From Terriglobia bacterium (GTDB lineage: Bacteria > Acidobacteriota > Terriglobia > 20CM-2-55-15): DNA of 64,000 nucleotides. The translations under genes and the position numbers were made by a program. Positions 10,390 to 21,627 of the stretch are shown piece by piece; position 1 is the stretch's first letter, and the number at the start of each line of letters is the position of its first letter. The notes under the pieces were generated by a model. The model did no database searches, had not been told where the DNA came from, and saw only the letters and a list, made by a program, of their open reading frames with translations. Location: assembly GCA_965218585.1 (NCBI GenBank), contig CBDCLE010000026.1, positions 160,001 to 224,000 of the forward strand, given 5' to 3'.

Positions 10390-10968
10390 TCAACTGCCCA
10401 CTGAGATCCCCACTGACGGCTGGGACTCTGAGCGTTTAGAACAACCCCCATGACGAAGATACTTCTGCAGGTCTGCGGTTTCGATGACGATCGTCCGTGT
10501 CACGGTCGGCCGTCCCATCGAGTCGTAACGCACCTCGGCAGGAGCACCGGACTGAAAGCTCACCGATTCCTGGAGAAGACCCGGATTTCCGACATCGATT
10601 GTCGCGGGTGTGTCGTCGGTAGTTTGTACCTGGACTTGTCCGGAGGTGTTGATCGACAGCCACGACTGGCGGTTCCGTTTGATCGCATCGATCCGGGCTT
10701 CCATGAGTTTGCCCCTTACCATCGAAACACTCCCGTCGAGCCGCCAGGTCTGCATCGCACGGCTCGCGTTCGGGACAAGGATCATCAGTAACACGCCCAC
10801 GACTACCAGAACGATCATTACTTCGAACAGCGTGAATCCCGCGAGACTGGCGTCTGATCTGCGTCCGAACACCCGTCCCGCAGACCAAAGTGGCCTCCGG
10901 GTTAGTGACAGCACGCTTACCGGCAACAGCCTGCGCTCTACGCAATACTCCCTAATAACGTTTGTCAC
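10390..10968 (-). CDS. Type IV prepilin / GspH-FimT-like pseudopilin
   Basis: G|FTLFEVMIVLVVVGVLLMIL cleavage/methylation motif; ARIDAIKRN; VRYDSMGRP. Confidence 0.85.
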   Translation of the reverse strand: MTNVIREYCVERRLLPVSVLSLTRRPLWSAGRVFGRRSDASLAGFTLFEVMIVLVVVGVLLMILVPNASRAMQTWRLDGSVSMVRGKLMEARIDAIKRNRQSWLSINTSGQVQVQTTDDTPATIDVGNPGLLQESVSFQSGAPAEVRYDSMGRPTVTRTIVIETADLQKYLRHGGCSKRSESQPSVGISVGS

Positions 10969-11125
10969 ATTATTCCTTTACCCACGGACTACTCTTACTA
11001 AACGTCAATGTAGCGTTGAGGCGTTTCTGCTGTAAATCGGACTAATGCTGAATTCGTGAGGGGTAAATTCCTAGGTAATCAAATGATACTCGAGCGGGGA
11101 AGGGAGGGTGGAAGAATGTGGGATC

Positions 11126-14100
11126 TTACGACTTCCGCAGTGCGGATCCGACTGGCGAATAATATTCCTGCAAGCTTGAAACTGACAAGGACTCTCTCTG
11201 AAGATCGCGAATACCATTTACTGCGGCCAACGCCCCTGAAAAAGTTGTAATACATGGAATACGGTAGTGCATCGCGGCGCTCCGGATGGCCTTCTCATCG
11301 AAGAAAGACTCCCGGCCCAACGGCGTATTGATGACCAGATCCACTTCTCCGCTCTTGATCCGGTCAACGATGTGCGGACGGCCTTCGTTCACCTTGTAGA
11401 TCTGAGACGCTTCTATTCCGGCCATCTTCAGAACGTTCGCAGTTCCCGACGTCGCGATTATCTTGAACCCCATCGATTGCAACTGGGCCGCGATGTCGGC
11501 AACAAACCTCTTGTCCTGCTGGTTGACGCTCAGGAACGCCGTGCCCGAGCGGGGCAGGACTGTTCCTGCGCTGATCTGGGCCTTGATGTACGCCTTGCCG
11601 AAGGAATCGTCTATTCCCATCACCTCGCCGGTGGACTTCATCTCAGGCCCAAGGATGGGATCAGCTCCCGGAAACCGAACGAAAGGAAAAACGGGCGACT
11701 TGACGAAATATTTGGGGACAGACAGTTCGTCGGGCAGGTTGAATTCGTCCAGGCTCTCGCCCAACATGATCCGGACAGCGACTTTTGCCAGAGGCACTCC
11801 GGTTGCTTTGCTGACGAACGGAACCGTGCGCGAGGCACGCGGATTGACCTCCAATACATACACCTCGTCTCCCTGAACAGCGAACTGAATGTTCATCAAC
11901 CCCACGACATCCAGCGCGAGTGCGAGTGCAACAGTGTGGGTCCGGATCGTCTCCCGGTGGGCCTCGCTCAGTTGATACGTCGGCAGGACGCATGAACTGT
12001 CGCCGGAATGGACGCCGGCTTCTTCGATATGCTCCATGATGCCTCCGATGACGACACGTTTGCCGTCAGAGAGGGCATCGACGTCGATCTCCATCGCGTC
12101 TTCAAGGAACCGGTCGATCAGAATCGGCCGCTCCCTCGACACTTCCACGGCTTCGCTCATGTAGGAGTCCAGGGCGCGTTCATCGTAAGCGATCACCATC
12201 GCGCGCCCACCCAACACGTAGGACGGTCTCACGAGTACCGGATAGCCTATGTCCTCGGCAACTACGCGCGCCTGTTCCAAAGACACGGCGGTACCGTTTG
12301 GAGGCTGGGGGATATTCAGCTTGGTCAGGAGACTGCCGAAACGTTTCCTGTCTTCAGCCAGATCGATCGATTGAGGCGACGTACCCACGATGGGAACGCC
12401 GGCATCGTGCAAGTCGAGGGCAAGATTTAGGGGTGTCTGCCCTCCAAACTGAACAATGACACCCGCGGGTTTTTCTGCCTCGACGATATGAAGCACGTCT
12501 TCTAGTGTCAGTGGTTCGAAATAGAGGCGATCCGACGTGTCGTAGTCCGTGGACACAGTCTCCGGATTACAGTTGACCATGATGGTCTCGTAACCCGCGT
12601 CCTTGAGAGCGAATGACGCGTGACAGCAACAGTAGTCAAACTCGATACCCTGACCAATCCGGTTCGGCCCGCTGCCGAGGATCATGATTTTCTTCGCGTC
12701 CGTGGGATCGGCTTCGGATTCGGTCTCGTATGTGGAATAGAGGTAAGGTGTAAAGGATTCGAATTCCGCAGCACACGTATCGACCCTCTTATAGACCGGT
12801 TTCACGGAAAGCTTCTGGCGAGCCTTGGCAACTTCCGATACGTCGGTCGATCGCAGCGAAGCAATACGGTGGTCAGAGAACCCGCTGCGTTTTGCTTCGA
12901 GCAACAGGCCAGCATCGAGCGTATCTTCGTTTTGGACGCGCGAGGCCAGATCGACCACTTCTCTTAACTCGTTCAGGAACCATGGGTCTATTCCCGTGAT
13001 CTCGGCAATTTTTTCGACCGACATCCCATCCGACAGAGCGTACATCAGGTAGTTAAATCGATCTGGATTCGGTGTCGTGAGATTCTGCCGGATGCGCTCT
13101 GTGTCGATCTTTTCGGATCCGGGATGCCTTCCTGTCTCGAGTGATCGGATGCCTTTGAGCATGGCTTCCTTGAACGTCCGTCCGATCGCCATCACTTCGC
13201 CGACCGATTTCATCTGCGTACCCAGCACCGGTTCAGCGTCTTTGAATTTCTCGAAAGCCCACTTGGGGATCTTCGCGACCACGTAATCCAGCATGGGTTC
13301 GAAGGACGCTGGAGTCTTCTTTGTAATATCGTTCGGGATCTCGTCCAGCGTGTACCCGATGGCGAGCTTTGCCGCGATCTTGGCAATCGGGAAGCCGGTG
13401 GCTTTGGAAGCCAGGGCGGAGCTGCGTGAGACACGCGGGTTCATCTCAATGACGACCAGCCGCCCGTCGTCCGGATTCACAGCAAACTGGATATTCGAAC
13501 CTCCCGTCTCCACTCCCACCTTGCGGATGACCGCAACGGCAGCATCCCGCATGCGCTGGTATTCCCTGTCCGTCAAGGTCTGAGCGGGCGCGACCGTGAT
13601 CGAATCACCCGTATGCACTCCCATCGGATCAAAATTTTCAATCGAGCAGATGATGACGACATTGTCCTGAAGGTCACGCATCACCTCCAGTTCGTATTCC
13701 TTCCATCCGATTACCGACTGTTCGATCAACACCTGATGCACTGGGCTTAAATCGAGGCCTCGCTGTACAGTTTCCTGGTATTCCTCGCTGTTAAAAGCCA
13801 CACCGCCGCCGATGCCGCCCAGAGTAAACGAAGGCCGAATTACCGCAGGGAAACCGATCTGCTCGATGATGCGTTCCGCCTCCCGCATGTTGCCGACAAC
13901 AGCGCTCTCGGGTGTCTCGAGACCGATTTCCTTCATCGCTTCCTTGAAGAGCAGACGGTCTTCGGCCAGCTTGACCGCCATGAGCTTGGCGCCGATCATC
14001 TCCACGTTGTGCTTTTCGAGAACGCCGGCTTCCGCCAGATCGACAGCAAGGTTAAGAGCCGTCTGGCCACCGACGGTGGGCAACAGGGCGTCAGGTTTTT

Positions 14101-14341
14101 CTCGAGCGATTATCTGGCTCAGGAATTCCGTGGTCAACGGCTCGACATACGTACGGTCAGCCAGTTCAGGGTCCGTCATGATCGTCGCAGGATTCGAATT
14201 CACAAGGACGATCTCGTAACCTTCCTCGCGCAACGCCTTGCAGGCCTGCGTTCCGGAGTAGTCGAACTCACACGCTTGTCCGATCACGATCGGGCCTGAC
14301 CCGATGATCAGGATCTTGGAGATGTCACTGCGCTTTGGCAT
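11126..14341 (-). CDS. carB: Carbamoyl-phosphate synthase large subunit
   Basis: [17 protein letters not shown]; duplicated ATP-grasp domains; MGS domain; 1071 aa. Confidence 0.99.
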   Translation of the reverse strand: MPKRSDISKILIIGSGPIVIGQACEFDYSGTQACKALREEGYEIVLVNSNPATIMTDPELADRTYVEPLTTEFLSQIIAREKPDALLPTVGGQTALNLAVDLAEAGVLEKHNVEMIGAKLMAVKLAEDRLLFKEAMKEIGLETPESAVVGNMREAERIIEQIGFPAVIRPSFTLGGIGGGVAFNSEEYQETVQRGLDLSPVHQVLIEQSVIGWKEYELEVMRDLQDNVVIICSIENFDPMGVHTGDSITVAPAQTLTDREYQRMRDAAVAVIRKVGVETGGSNIQFAVNPDDGRLVVIEMNPRVSRSSALASKATGFPIAKIAAKLAIGYTLDEIPNDITKKTPASFEPMLDYVVAKIPKWAFEKFKDAEPVLGTQMKSVGEVMAIGRTFKEAMLKGIRSLETGRHPGSEKIDTERIRQNLTTPNPDRFNYLMYALSDGMSVEKIAEITGIDPWFLNELREVVDLASRVQNEDTLDAGLLLEAKRSGFSDHRIASLRSTDVSEVAKARQKLSVKPVYKRVDTCAAEFESFTPYLYSTYETESEADPTDAKKIMILGSGPNRIGQGIEFDYCCCHASFALKDAGYETIMVNCNPETVSTDYDTSDRLYFEPLTLEDVLHIVEAEKPAGVIVQFGGQTPLNLALDLHDAGVPIVGTSPQSIDLAEDRKRFGSLLTKLNIPQPPNGTAVSLEQARVVAEDIGYPVLVRPSYVLGGRAMVIAYDERALDSYMSEAVEVSRERPILIDRFLEDAMEIDVDALSDGKRVVIGGIMEHIEEAGVHSGDSSCVLPTYQLSEAHRETIRTHTVALALALDVVGLMNIQFAVQGDEVYVLEVNPRASRTVPFVSKATGVPLAKVAVRIMLGESLDEFNLPDELSVPKYFVKSPVFPFVRFPGADPILGPEMKSTGEVMGIDDSFGKAYIKAQISAGTVLPRSGTAFLSVNQQDKRFVADIAAQLQSMGFKIIATSGTANVLKMAGIEASQIYKVNEGRPHIVDRIKSGEVDLVINTPLGRESFFDEKAIRSAAMHYRIPCITTFSGALAAVNGIRDLQRESLSVSSLQEYYSPVGSALRKS

Positions 14342-15464
14342 CGCGGATGTTGTCGAAAAACTTGCGGAACAGATAATAGGAGTCGTGTGGGCCGGGAGAG
14401 GCCTCCGGATGATATTGCACGCTGAACACGGGCAGCTTTCGGTGCTCGAAACCCTCGACGGTTTGATCGTTGAGATTCAGATGTGTGATCCGGATTTCGT
14501 CGTCGTTGAGGCTCTCCGGATCCACGGCAAAGCCGTGATTCTGCGCCGTGATCTCGACACGGCCACTATCGATATGCATCACGGGCTGGTTGCCGCCATG
14601 GTGCCCGAAAGGCAATTTGAACGTCCGCGCCCCCAGCGCCAGGGCCATGATCTGATGGCCCAGGCATATCCCGAAAACAGGCTTCTTGGTGATCAGTTCA
14701 CGAACATTGCTAACGGCGTAGCCCACAGCTCCCGGATCGCCGGGTCCGTTTGAAAGGAATATGCCGTCCGGGTCAAGATCGAGAACTTCGGCGGCACTCG
14801 TTGTGGACGGGACCACGGTTACCCGAGCGCCGTGATGGGTTAGATCACGCAGGATGTTGGTCTTGATTCCAAAATCATATGCCACGACATGCCAGGGGGC
14901 CGGGGCTCCGGACACGCCGTCCCCCAGATCTGAAAACTCGACAAAATCTATCGATTCTCTCTGGGCGTCATAGCGTTCCCTCGTCGTCACGACGCTGGCC
15001 AGATCACGCCCGATCATTTCGGGCGAGTCCTTGACCTTGGCCCCCAGCGATTCGGCGTCCTGGTCGACCAGGGACACAATCGCTCGCATCGCTCCGCGGC
15101 TTCGAATGTGGCGCACCAGGGCCCGCGTGTCAATATCAGAAATGGCAGGAATCTTATGACGTTCGAGGTACTCGTCCAGCGACTCCGACATCCTCCAATT
15201 GCTGGGATGGGGCGTCATCCGGCGCACAACAAAAGCTTCTAAAAAAGGTCCGCCCGACTCGACGTCTTCGGAATTGACGCCGGTGTTTCCGATCAGAGGG
15301 TAGGTCATGGTGACGATCTGCCCGGCATAGGACGGATCCGTCAGGATTTCCTGGTAGCCCGACATCGACGTATTGAAAACGATTTCCCCTACAGCTTCTC
15401 CTTTGAACCCATGCCCTTCACCACGGAACACGCGTCCGTCTTCGAGAAGCAATGTCGCTTTCAT
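14325..15464 (-). CDS. carA: Carbamoyl-phosphate synthase small subunit
   Basis: [14 protein letters not shown] and [12 protein letters not shown] motifs. Confidence 0.99.
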   Translation of the reverse strand: MKATLLLEDGRVFRGEGHGFKGEAVGEIVFNTSMSGYQEILTDPSYAGQIVTMTYPLIGNTGVNSEDVESGGPFLEAFVVRRMTPHPSNWRMSESLDEYLERHKIPAISDIDTRALVRHIRSRGAMRAIVSLVDQDAESLGAKVKDSPEMIGRDLASVVTTRERYDAQRESIDFVEFSDLGDGVSGAPAPWHVVAYDFGIKTNILRDLTHHGARVTVVPSTTSAAEVLDLDPDGIFLSNGPGDPGAVGYAVSNVRELITKKPVFGICLGHQIMALALGARTFKLPFGHHGGNQPVMHIDSGRVEITAQNHGFAVDPESLNDDEIRITHLNLNDQTVEGFEHRKLPVFSVQYHPEASPGPHDSYYLFRKFFDNIRDAKAQ

Positions 15465-16048
15465 TAATCGATGGAACCCATCTTATTCACTGGCCAGTAT
15501 CGGAAAACTGCTTTGCCGTAGATATTCTGTTCGGGGACGAGACCCCACATACGGCTGTCGTTGGATTGATTGCGATGATCGCCCAGGACGTAGTAGTGAC
15601 CGGGTTCGACATAGACCGGTGAGTAACTTCGACGATCGAAGAAATTGACCGGCACGTAGTCCTCGTCAAATATTTCCCCATTCACGAGGACATTGCCCTC
15701 TTCGACGTCAACGACATCGCCCGGCAGACCGACAACACGCTTGATATATGACTTGGTGGGATCGAGCGGATACCAGAAAACAACGATGTCGCCGCGCTGG
15801 ATCTGGTCAATCCTGTAGAGGAACTTGTTGACGAATATCCGCTCCTGATCCACCAACTCCGGGAGCATGCTCGTTCCCTCGACCTTGACGGGCTGATAGA
15901 AGAACACGACGATGATAATCGCCGCACCGATCGCGAAAAACACGTCGCGTGCCCACCCCTGTATCTCACTCAAAAGACTGGACTTATTGGGTTCGATCGG
16001 GTCCTGTGGGGGCGGTGTCGCCCCGAGCGGTGGCTGTTCTATTTCCAT
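15464..16048 (-). CDS. lepB: Signal peptidase I
   Basis: N-terminal TM; [15 protein letters not shown] and [11 protein letters not shown] motifs. Confidence 0.96.
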   Translation of the reverse strand: MEIEQPPLGATPPPQDPIEPNKSSLLSEIQGWARDVFFAIGAAIIIVVFFYQPVKVEGTSMLPELVDQERIFVNKFLYRIDQIQRGDIVVFWYPLDPTKSYIKRVVGLPGDVVDVEEGNVLVNGEIFDEDYVPVNFFDRRSYSPVYVEPGHYYVLGDHRNQSNDSRMWGLVPEQNIYGKAVFRYWPVNKMGSID

Positions 16049-16127
16049 TCGATTGACCTTCGTGACGGTGCCGAACCGGCTAGATTATTTTAGAGGATTC
16101 CCGAATGAATCGGTAGCAGAGATGAAT

Positions 16128-16216
16128 TAAAAGTGGGGCCAGGTCACTCTTTTTGCTTCTGTAGAGGGTCATGCGTCCTCTCTTTCGGTAAAAAGAGTGA
16201 CCTGTCCCCACTTTTA
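16128..16216. repeat. Long palindromic intergenic element
   Basis: 27-bp arms at 16128-16154 and 16190-16216, 1 mismatch. Confidence 0.85.
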
Positions 16217-16223
16217 TCTCCCT

Positions 16224-17042
16224 CTATTGCCAAAGCGTGAAGCGGTCGGTAAATCCAAAGACGACGCCGACACGATGGTCTAGGTCCGTCAGCCCTGCGG
16301 TGCCCGCGATGTCCCATTCCAAGCCCAACGCCTGCCACTGGACTCCGATCCGGACCTCTCCCCGGTCCTCGCCACCGAGGGTAGGAAACGACTGAAAGTT
16401 TTCCAGGCCGTTGACCTCGAAAGCAAGACTCGCGCTGCCAGTTACGGGGACGATAGCTGCCAGACCGTACAGCAGGACGTCCTGTTGCGCGGCCGCCCGA
16501 ACCGCATCGTCGAGGATACCCAGGCCGATGTTGCCAAAAACATACGCCGGTCCAACCGATTTACCGATCAGGACCTTCCCAAAAAAATGCGTGCTGTCTG
16601 TTCCCAAGCCGCTTTCGTTACTGGCATTCGGCAAGACAATCGACGGTTGAAAAGTGAGATCCGGACGGGCTCCGGACTCGGTCAGAAGCGCGATCTTAGT
16701 CGCAATCACTCCGTCACCCCAGTCGTTGCGTCGTCCTGTCCCTCCTTCGTCGATCCACAAGAAGTTATGCAGCGTTCCGGTGATCTGGAACTCGGCACGC
16801 GAACCGAGACCGAAGTGCACCCCACCCGTTAACACAGACAGTTGGTCTCCCCCCAGGCCCGATACCGGAAAACGGGCTCGATCGGAATAACCAAAGCCGG
16901 TCTCAAGAACCATTTGGCCCTCGGGTATCAAACGCGGATCCTCGGTCAGAAGCGGCCTTTGCTGCGCAAACGCACTGACGGGAACGACGACGACACAGAC
17001 CATCAGAAAGAACGCTGTCGGGACGCTTTTAGTAGAATCCAA
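16224..17042 (-). CDS. Secreted, probable outer-membrane beta-barrel protein (start uncertain)
   Basis: Signal peptide ending SAFA-QQRPLLTED; amphipathic beta-strands; aromatic C-terminus. Confidence 0.7.
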   Translation of the reverse strand: MDSTKSVPTAFFLMVCVVVVPVSAFAQQRPLLTEDPRLIPEGQMVLETGFGYSDRARFPVSGLGGDQLSVLTGGVHFGLGSRAEFQITGTLHNFLWIDEGGTGRRNDWGDGVIATKIALLTESGARPDLTFQPSIVLPNASNESGLGTDSTHFFGKVLIGKSVGPAYVFGNIGLGILDDAVRAAAQQDVLLYGLAAIVPVTGSASLAFEVNGLENFQSFPTLGGEDRGEVRIGVQWQALGLEWDIAGTAGLTDLDHRVGVVFGFTDRFTLWQ

Positions 17043-17044
17043 TG

Positions 17045-17746
17045 CTACAAAACCCCCAGATGATGAGCGATCAGGCCCCCGGCGACGAGGGCCGCTGTCT
17101 CGGCACGCATGATATGGGAACCCAGACGAACTTCGGCGAAACCCTCTGCCCGGCAAACCTCCAGTTCCTCAGAGTCCCAGCCTCCTTCGGGTCCGATCAC
17201 GTACAGGACCGGGGCTGCTCGAAGTGCCGACTCTAACGAACCCCCACTCTCAAGAGCAAACAGAATCTTCGAGGGCGCATCCACCGCGAGCGCATGTTCG
17301 GTATCGGTAACAGTATCCAGCCGCACCAGGTGGTAGTGCTTGGATTGTTTCGCGGCCTCCACGATGATGCGCTGCCAGCGCTGCTGGCGACCAGTCCCGG
17401 AAGCGTTTGAGCGTTTGGCACGAAACGGTATGATCCGCGTTACGCCTATTTCCACGGCTTTTTCCAACACCCACTCGAAAGCGGTGTTCTTGATCAAGGC
17501 CTGGGCCAGAATAATCTCTACCTCTGGTGGAGGCACCATGCGCTGGTCATGAATCCTGATTTCGGTTGCGTTGCGCTTCAGCTCTTCGAACCGTCCATCC
17601 CAGACTCGACCCTCACCATCGAACACCTCAACGCTTTCACCTACTTCGGCGCGGGATACCTTGAGATGCTTATGCTCTTCGCCAGTGACAGAAAGGAGAT
17701 CGTCTTTGATCCGAGGATCCGGCCAATATACGGACTTAATCGCCAT
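17045..17746 (-). CDS. rsmE: 16S rRNA m3U1498 methyltransferase
   Basis: EKAVEIGV, EAAKQS, IGPEGG and LGSHIMRAETA motifs. Confidence 0.96.
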   Translation of the reverse strand: MAIKSVYWPDPRIKDDLLSVTGEEHKHLKVSRAEVGESVEVFDGEGRVWDGRFEELKRNATEIRIHDQRMVPPPEVEIILAQALIKNTAFEWVLEKAVEIGVTRIIPFRAKRSNASGTGRQQRWQRIIVEAAKQSKHYHLVRLDTVTDTEHALAVDAPSKILFALESGGSLESALRAAPVLYVIGPEGGWDSEELEVCRAEGFAEVRLGSHIMRAETAALVAGGLIAHHLGVL

Positions 17747-18608
17747 GACGTCTAACCTTCATCGCGACCCATTCACCCTGCTCGGCCTTACTTTCAATTT
17801 CAAATCCCTCGACCTCAAGCGTTGCCCGGAGTGCCACAAGCTGAGACTCCAGGACCCCGGAAAGAAGAGCCAAACCACCGGGCAGGAGAACGCGTCTGAT
17901 CTCCCCTAGCAGATTGTGCAGGACGTCGCTTGTGAGATTCGCCAAAACCAGCCTGACCGAGCCAGAGCGAAGGCTGTCCGCGCTGCCAACGAACAGACGC
18001 ACACGAACCCCGTTCCGACGGAGGTTTGCTCTGGCCACCTGTGTGGCATCCCGGTCCAGGTCACAACCTACAGCGACCTTGAAACCCAACTTTGCGGCCG
18101 CAATGGTCAAAATCCCGGACCCTGTTCCCAGATCAAGGACCGGGCCTTCGCTCGTTTCGATTTCTTCGAGCAACGTCAGCATCAACTGAGTCGTTTCGTG
18201 AGTCCCGGTTCCAAAGGCAAGGCCTGGATCGATGCCCAACTCGATTCGCCGAGAACCCACATCGTCTGCCTTCTCCCAGCTGGGCACCACCTGAAAACGC
18301 GTTCCTACGGCAAAACTCGTATAACCCTTGCGCCACTCTTTAGTCCAGTCCTGGTGCTGCTCCCTGCCCAGGATCGCTTCTTCGGAACGGTAACCGTTAC
18401 GCTCGAATACACGACTGACGCGGGCCCCAACAAGGGGAGGCGTCCGGGCTTCATCAAAATAGAGGACGAGTTCGATCTGGTCCGGTTCTGCTGTGGGTTT
18501 TTCCCACACACCGAGGATGCCGTCCTGTGAAAACTCGCCGACGATCGCATCTTTGAGTTCGATAGGGGTCTGGATGCTGATGGTTAGCCAGGACATCAGA
18601 GCATTCAA
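17736..18608 (-). CDS. prmA: Ribosomal protein L11 methyltransferase
   Basis: IDPGLAFGTGTHETT and LDLGTGSGIL motifs. Confidence 0.96.
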   Translation of the reverse strand: MNALMSWLTISIQTPIELKDAIVGEFSQDGILGVWEKPTAEPDQIELVLYFDEARTPPLVGARVSRVFERNGYRSEEAILGREQHQDWTKEWRKGYTSFAVGTRFQVVPSWEKADDVGSRRIELGIDPGLAFGTGTHETTQLMLTLLEEIETSEGPVLDLGTGSGILTIAAAKLGFKVAVGCDLDRDATQVARANLRRNGVRVRLFVGSADSLRSGSVRLVLANLTSDVLHNLLGEIRRVLLPGGLALLSGVLESQLVALRATLEVEGFEIESKAEQGEWVAMKVRRHGD

Positions 18609-18636
18609 CCCTCAGCTATTGGCTATCGGCTGAGGG

Positions 18637-18913
18637 CTAGTGGCCTGTACCACCCATATTGGGACCAGCGCCGATGGGTCTTGGGGACGAGATCGCGGCG
18701 CGAGACGGAAATTAATGTTTTCGCATCAATGACGGCTCGTAACAAAGATATCGCTCGCAACCCCCATCGGCCCGTAGGGTTACGGCGAAACGGCATCGTC
18801 TTCGTTGTCGTCAGCTCCTCCGAATGACCAAGCATTTCCTCGTCGCTGACTCCTAGAATCCAATGCTGGTTGGCCGTAACGCTGGTCCCAAGATGGGTGG
18901 TACAGGTCACTAG
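18637..18913. mobile_element. MITE (non-autonomous, 277 bp including CTAG ends)
   Basis: 34-bp inverted ends at 18637-18670 and 18880-18913 (2 mismatches); no transposase. Confidence 0.8.
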
Positions 18914-19726
18914 GGCGTGTTAATACTAACGTAGTGCCTCGACGATGAGTGCGAAGTGAAGGAAGGCGAGGAACATGACGTCGAGTTTATCGAAACGGGA
19001 GAAGATACGCCGAAAACCCTTGAGTCGGCGGAAGAGCCTCTCGACTTCGTTCCTGCGGCGGTAGAGCACGCGGTCGTATTCCCACGGCTCCAGGCGGTTG
19101 CGCTTGGGCGGCACGACGGGAATCCACCCAAAATCCAGAGCCAATTGGCGGGTCTGGTCGTCCTGGTAGGCACGGTCCATCAGCAGCGGCAGCGGCGCGG
19201 GCAACGGCCCCAGGCCGGCGAGCAGATCGCGGCCCTGCGGGGCGTCGTGCGCTTGGCCGGGCGAGAGCGCAAACGTTATCGCCGTTCGAGCATTCGCGGC
19301 AACCAGATGAATCTTGGTGGTCCATCCACCGCGGGATTTGCCGATCGCTTGCGGACCGTTTTTTTTAACGCTCCCGTGCCGTCGGGATGCACCTTCACAA
19401 TGGTCGAGTCCATCGAAACGGCTTCCACCCGGATGCGCACCAGTTGCTCGCGCTGGAGTTTTTCGAAGACGGCGTCGAGCACCCCGTTCTTGGACCAGCG
19501 GTTCATCCGGGTGTAGATGGTGTGCCAGTTGCCAAAGCGCTTGGGCAGACCGCGCCACTTGCAGCCCTGCTCAGCCACATACAAAATGGCGTTCAAGACC
19601 GTCAGGTTTGAAAGACTGACGTTGCCCCGCTGACGCGGCAGTTCCGGCTCGATGCGACAATACTGCTCCTGTGTGATCTCCATGCCTAATTATAAAACAT
19701 TCATGCTCATTAGTGTTAACACGCCC
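18913..19726 (-). mobile_element. IS5-family insertion sequence (IS427-like); orfA 19276-19683, orfB ending at 18926
   Basis: TIRs GGGCGTGTTAA(T/C)ACTAA in CTAG context; DDE motifs MDST, MDRAY and YRRRNEVERLF; A8 slippery site at 19359-19366. Confidence 0.93.
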
Positions 19727-20859
19727 TAGTTAGCCGAAGATTTTTTTACCTTTTCCAGAATCTTCTTCTGAATGGGCTGATTCTCGGTTTCTTCCGTTTC
19801 GGCCAGCTTTGAAACAATATCCCGCTGGTCGCGAGTCAGTTTTGTGGGAACACGAACGTTTATGTTGACATAAAGGTCTCCACGACCCCGCCCATTCGTT
19901 CTGGCAATGCCCGAGCCTCGAATACGAAATACGCTGTCAGGCTGGGTGCCGGAGGGGATCTTGAGCGGCTCTTCGCCGTCGAGGGTCGGCACAGAGATCT
20001 CGGTGCCGAGAGCTGCCTGGGAAAAAGAAATCGGAATATGGCAGAAAAGATCGTCTTCGCGGCGCTCGAAAAACTCGTGCTCGGCTACGTTGATCAGGAC
20101 GTAGAGGTCTCCCTGGGGGCCGCCTCGATGGCCGGCGTCGCCCTCACTGGCGACTCTCAATCGCGAACCGGAATCGACACCCGCAGGTATCTTCAGTTCG
20201 AGAGTCTTCTCTTTAACGACGCGCCCTTCTCCATGGCACTTCTTGCAGGGGTCCTTGATAACCTGACCACTACCCTGGCACTGACCACAGGTCCGGGTGA
20301 TGGAAAAAAACCCTTGCTGATAACGGACCTGGCCATAGCCGTCGCAGGTCGGGCATGTTGTGGGGCCACTCCCCTTGGGGACGCCTGCACCGTCACACTC
20401 AGAACACGCTTCGTGGCGGGGCACCTTGATTCGGGTTTTCTTGCCGAAAGCCGCCTCTTCAAAACTCAATTCCAGATCGTAGCGGAGGTCTGCACCACGG
20501 TTGGCCGCACGGCTGCCACGCCGGCCCGAACCACCGAACATGTCTCCAAAACCAAAAAGATCTCCGAGAATGTCGCTGAAATCAGAAAAAACGCCGGGGT
20601 CGAATCCACCAGCTCCAGGCCCAGCGGCGCCCCCAACACCCGCATGTCCGAAACGATCGTATCGCCCACGTTTTTCAGGATCGCCCAGTACGGAATAGGC
20701 TTCAGCCGCTTCTTTGAACCGCTCTTCCGCCTCCTGGTCTCCAGGATTTCTGTCCGGATGGTGTTCCAGCGCCAGTTTTCGGTAGGCGCTCTTGATGTCC
20801 TGCTCGGAGGCTTCTCGCCCCACGCCTATAACTTCGTAGTAGTCGCGCTTAGAACTCAC
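19726..20859 (-). CDS. dnaJ: Chaperone DnaJ
   Basis: J-domain HPD; G/F-rich region; four CxxCxGxG repeats. Confidence 0.99.
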   Translation of the reverse strand: MSSKRDYYEVIGVGREASEQDIKSAYRKLALEHHPDRNPGDQEAEERFKEAAEAYSVLGDPEKRGRYDRFGHAGVGGAAGPGAGGFDPGVFSDFSDILGDLFGFGDMFGGSGRRGSRAANRGADLRYDLELSFEEAAFGKKTRIKVPRHEACSECDGAGVPKGSGPTTCPTCDGYGQVRYQQGFFSITRTCGQCQGSGQVIKDPCKKCHGEGRVVKEKTLELKIPAGVDSGSRLRVASEGDAGHRGGPQGDLYVLINVAEHEFFERREDDLFCHIPISFSQAALGTEISVPTLDGEEPLKIPSGTQPDSVFRIRGSGIARTNGRGRGDLYVNINVRVPTKLTRDQRDIVSKLAETEETENQPIQKKILEKVKKSSAN

Positions 20860-20895
20860 CGCAGAAGATCCTCATGCTCAAAGACATCAATGGCT

Positions 20896-21483
20896 TCACC
20901 CGCTGCTGCTCATACCGGGTTCGTCACCGGCCGGAGCCGCCACCGTTACCATAGCCGGTCTGAGCAGCTTGCCGTGCAACCGATACCCTCGCCGCAACTC
21001 CTCGAGAACCGTTCCCTCCGCCTCACTGGATGGTGCGGTCGTAACTGCCTCATGGACATTAGGGTCGAACGGATGCCCCTTTGCCTCGATGACCTCCAGA
21101 CCAAAACGGGTCAAACTGTCCAACAACTGTTTATAGATCATTTCAAAGCCCTGCCGGACACTCTGCGCCTCTCCACCACCCGAGCCCGCATCGTTCAGTG
21201 CAAGTTCGAACGAATCCAGAACATTCAACACTTCACGCATCAATTCGGCCGACGCATACTTGACGAATTCCGTGCGCTCCCTATCGGTCCGCTTCTTGAA
21301 GTTTTCAAACTCCGCCTGCTTCCGAAGCAACCGGTCTTTGAAATCGTCTCGTTCAGACGTCAGTTCCTCAACACTCCGGGAGAGTGCGAGGGGATCCAGC
21401 TCGGTCCGACGGCTCTCAAGATCCGCCTCGACGGTGCTTTCGGGTTCGAAAGGAGAGTCTTGATTTTCGATCTCTTCGCTCAT
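20896..21483 (-). CDS. grpE: Nucleotide exchange factor GrpE
   Basis: AEFENFKKR, FDPNVHEA and GYRLHGKLLRPAMV motifs. Confidence 0.98.
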   Translation of the reverse strand: MSEEIENQDSPFEPESTVEADLESRRTELDPLALSRSVEELTSERDDFKDRLLRKQAEFENFKKRTDRERTEFVKYASAELMREVLNVLDSFELALNDAGSGGGEAQSVRQGFEMIYKQLLDSLTRFGLEVIEAKGHPFDPNVHEAVTTAPSSEAEGTVLEELRRGYRLHGKLLRPAMVTVAAPAGDEPGMSSSG

Positions 21484-21627
21484 TGGTTCGCTTCGTTCAG
21501 TTATTGGTCACAGGCATGAGTGCCGGGGCCAAGTCCCCATTATAACAGGACCGACATCTCGTCCGGAGGCCCGAGCGAGGACCGTGGAAAGGGAATATCC
21601 TTGAAATATATGGAGATAGGAGACGGG

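Noticed and set aside
18623-18910. 95-aa ORF beside IS5
   Set aside because: Spans the MITE end to end; no transposase motifs
19359-19366. IS5 frameshift (and IS3 frameshift at 54556-54563) as inactivating mutations
   Set aside because: A-rich slippery sites at the orfA/orfB overlap are the usual programmed frameshifts of these families
20038-21519. 493-aa + strand ORF, and similar long ORFs at 109-1362 and 23441-24790
   Set aside because: Antisense shadows of dnaJ/grpE, infB and htrA in GC-rich DNA; no recognisable motifs
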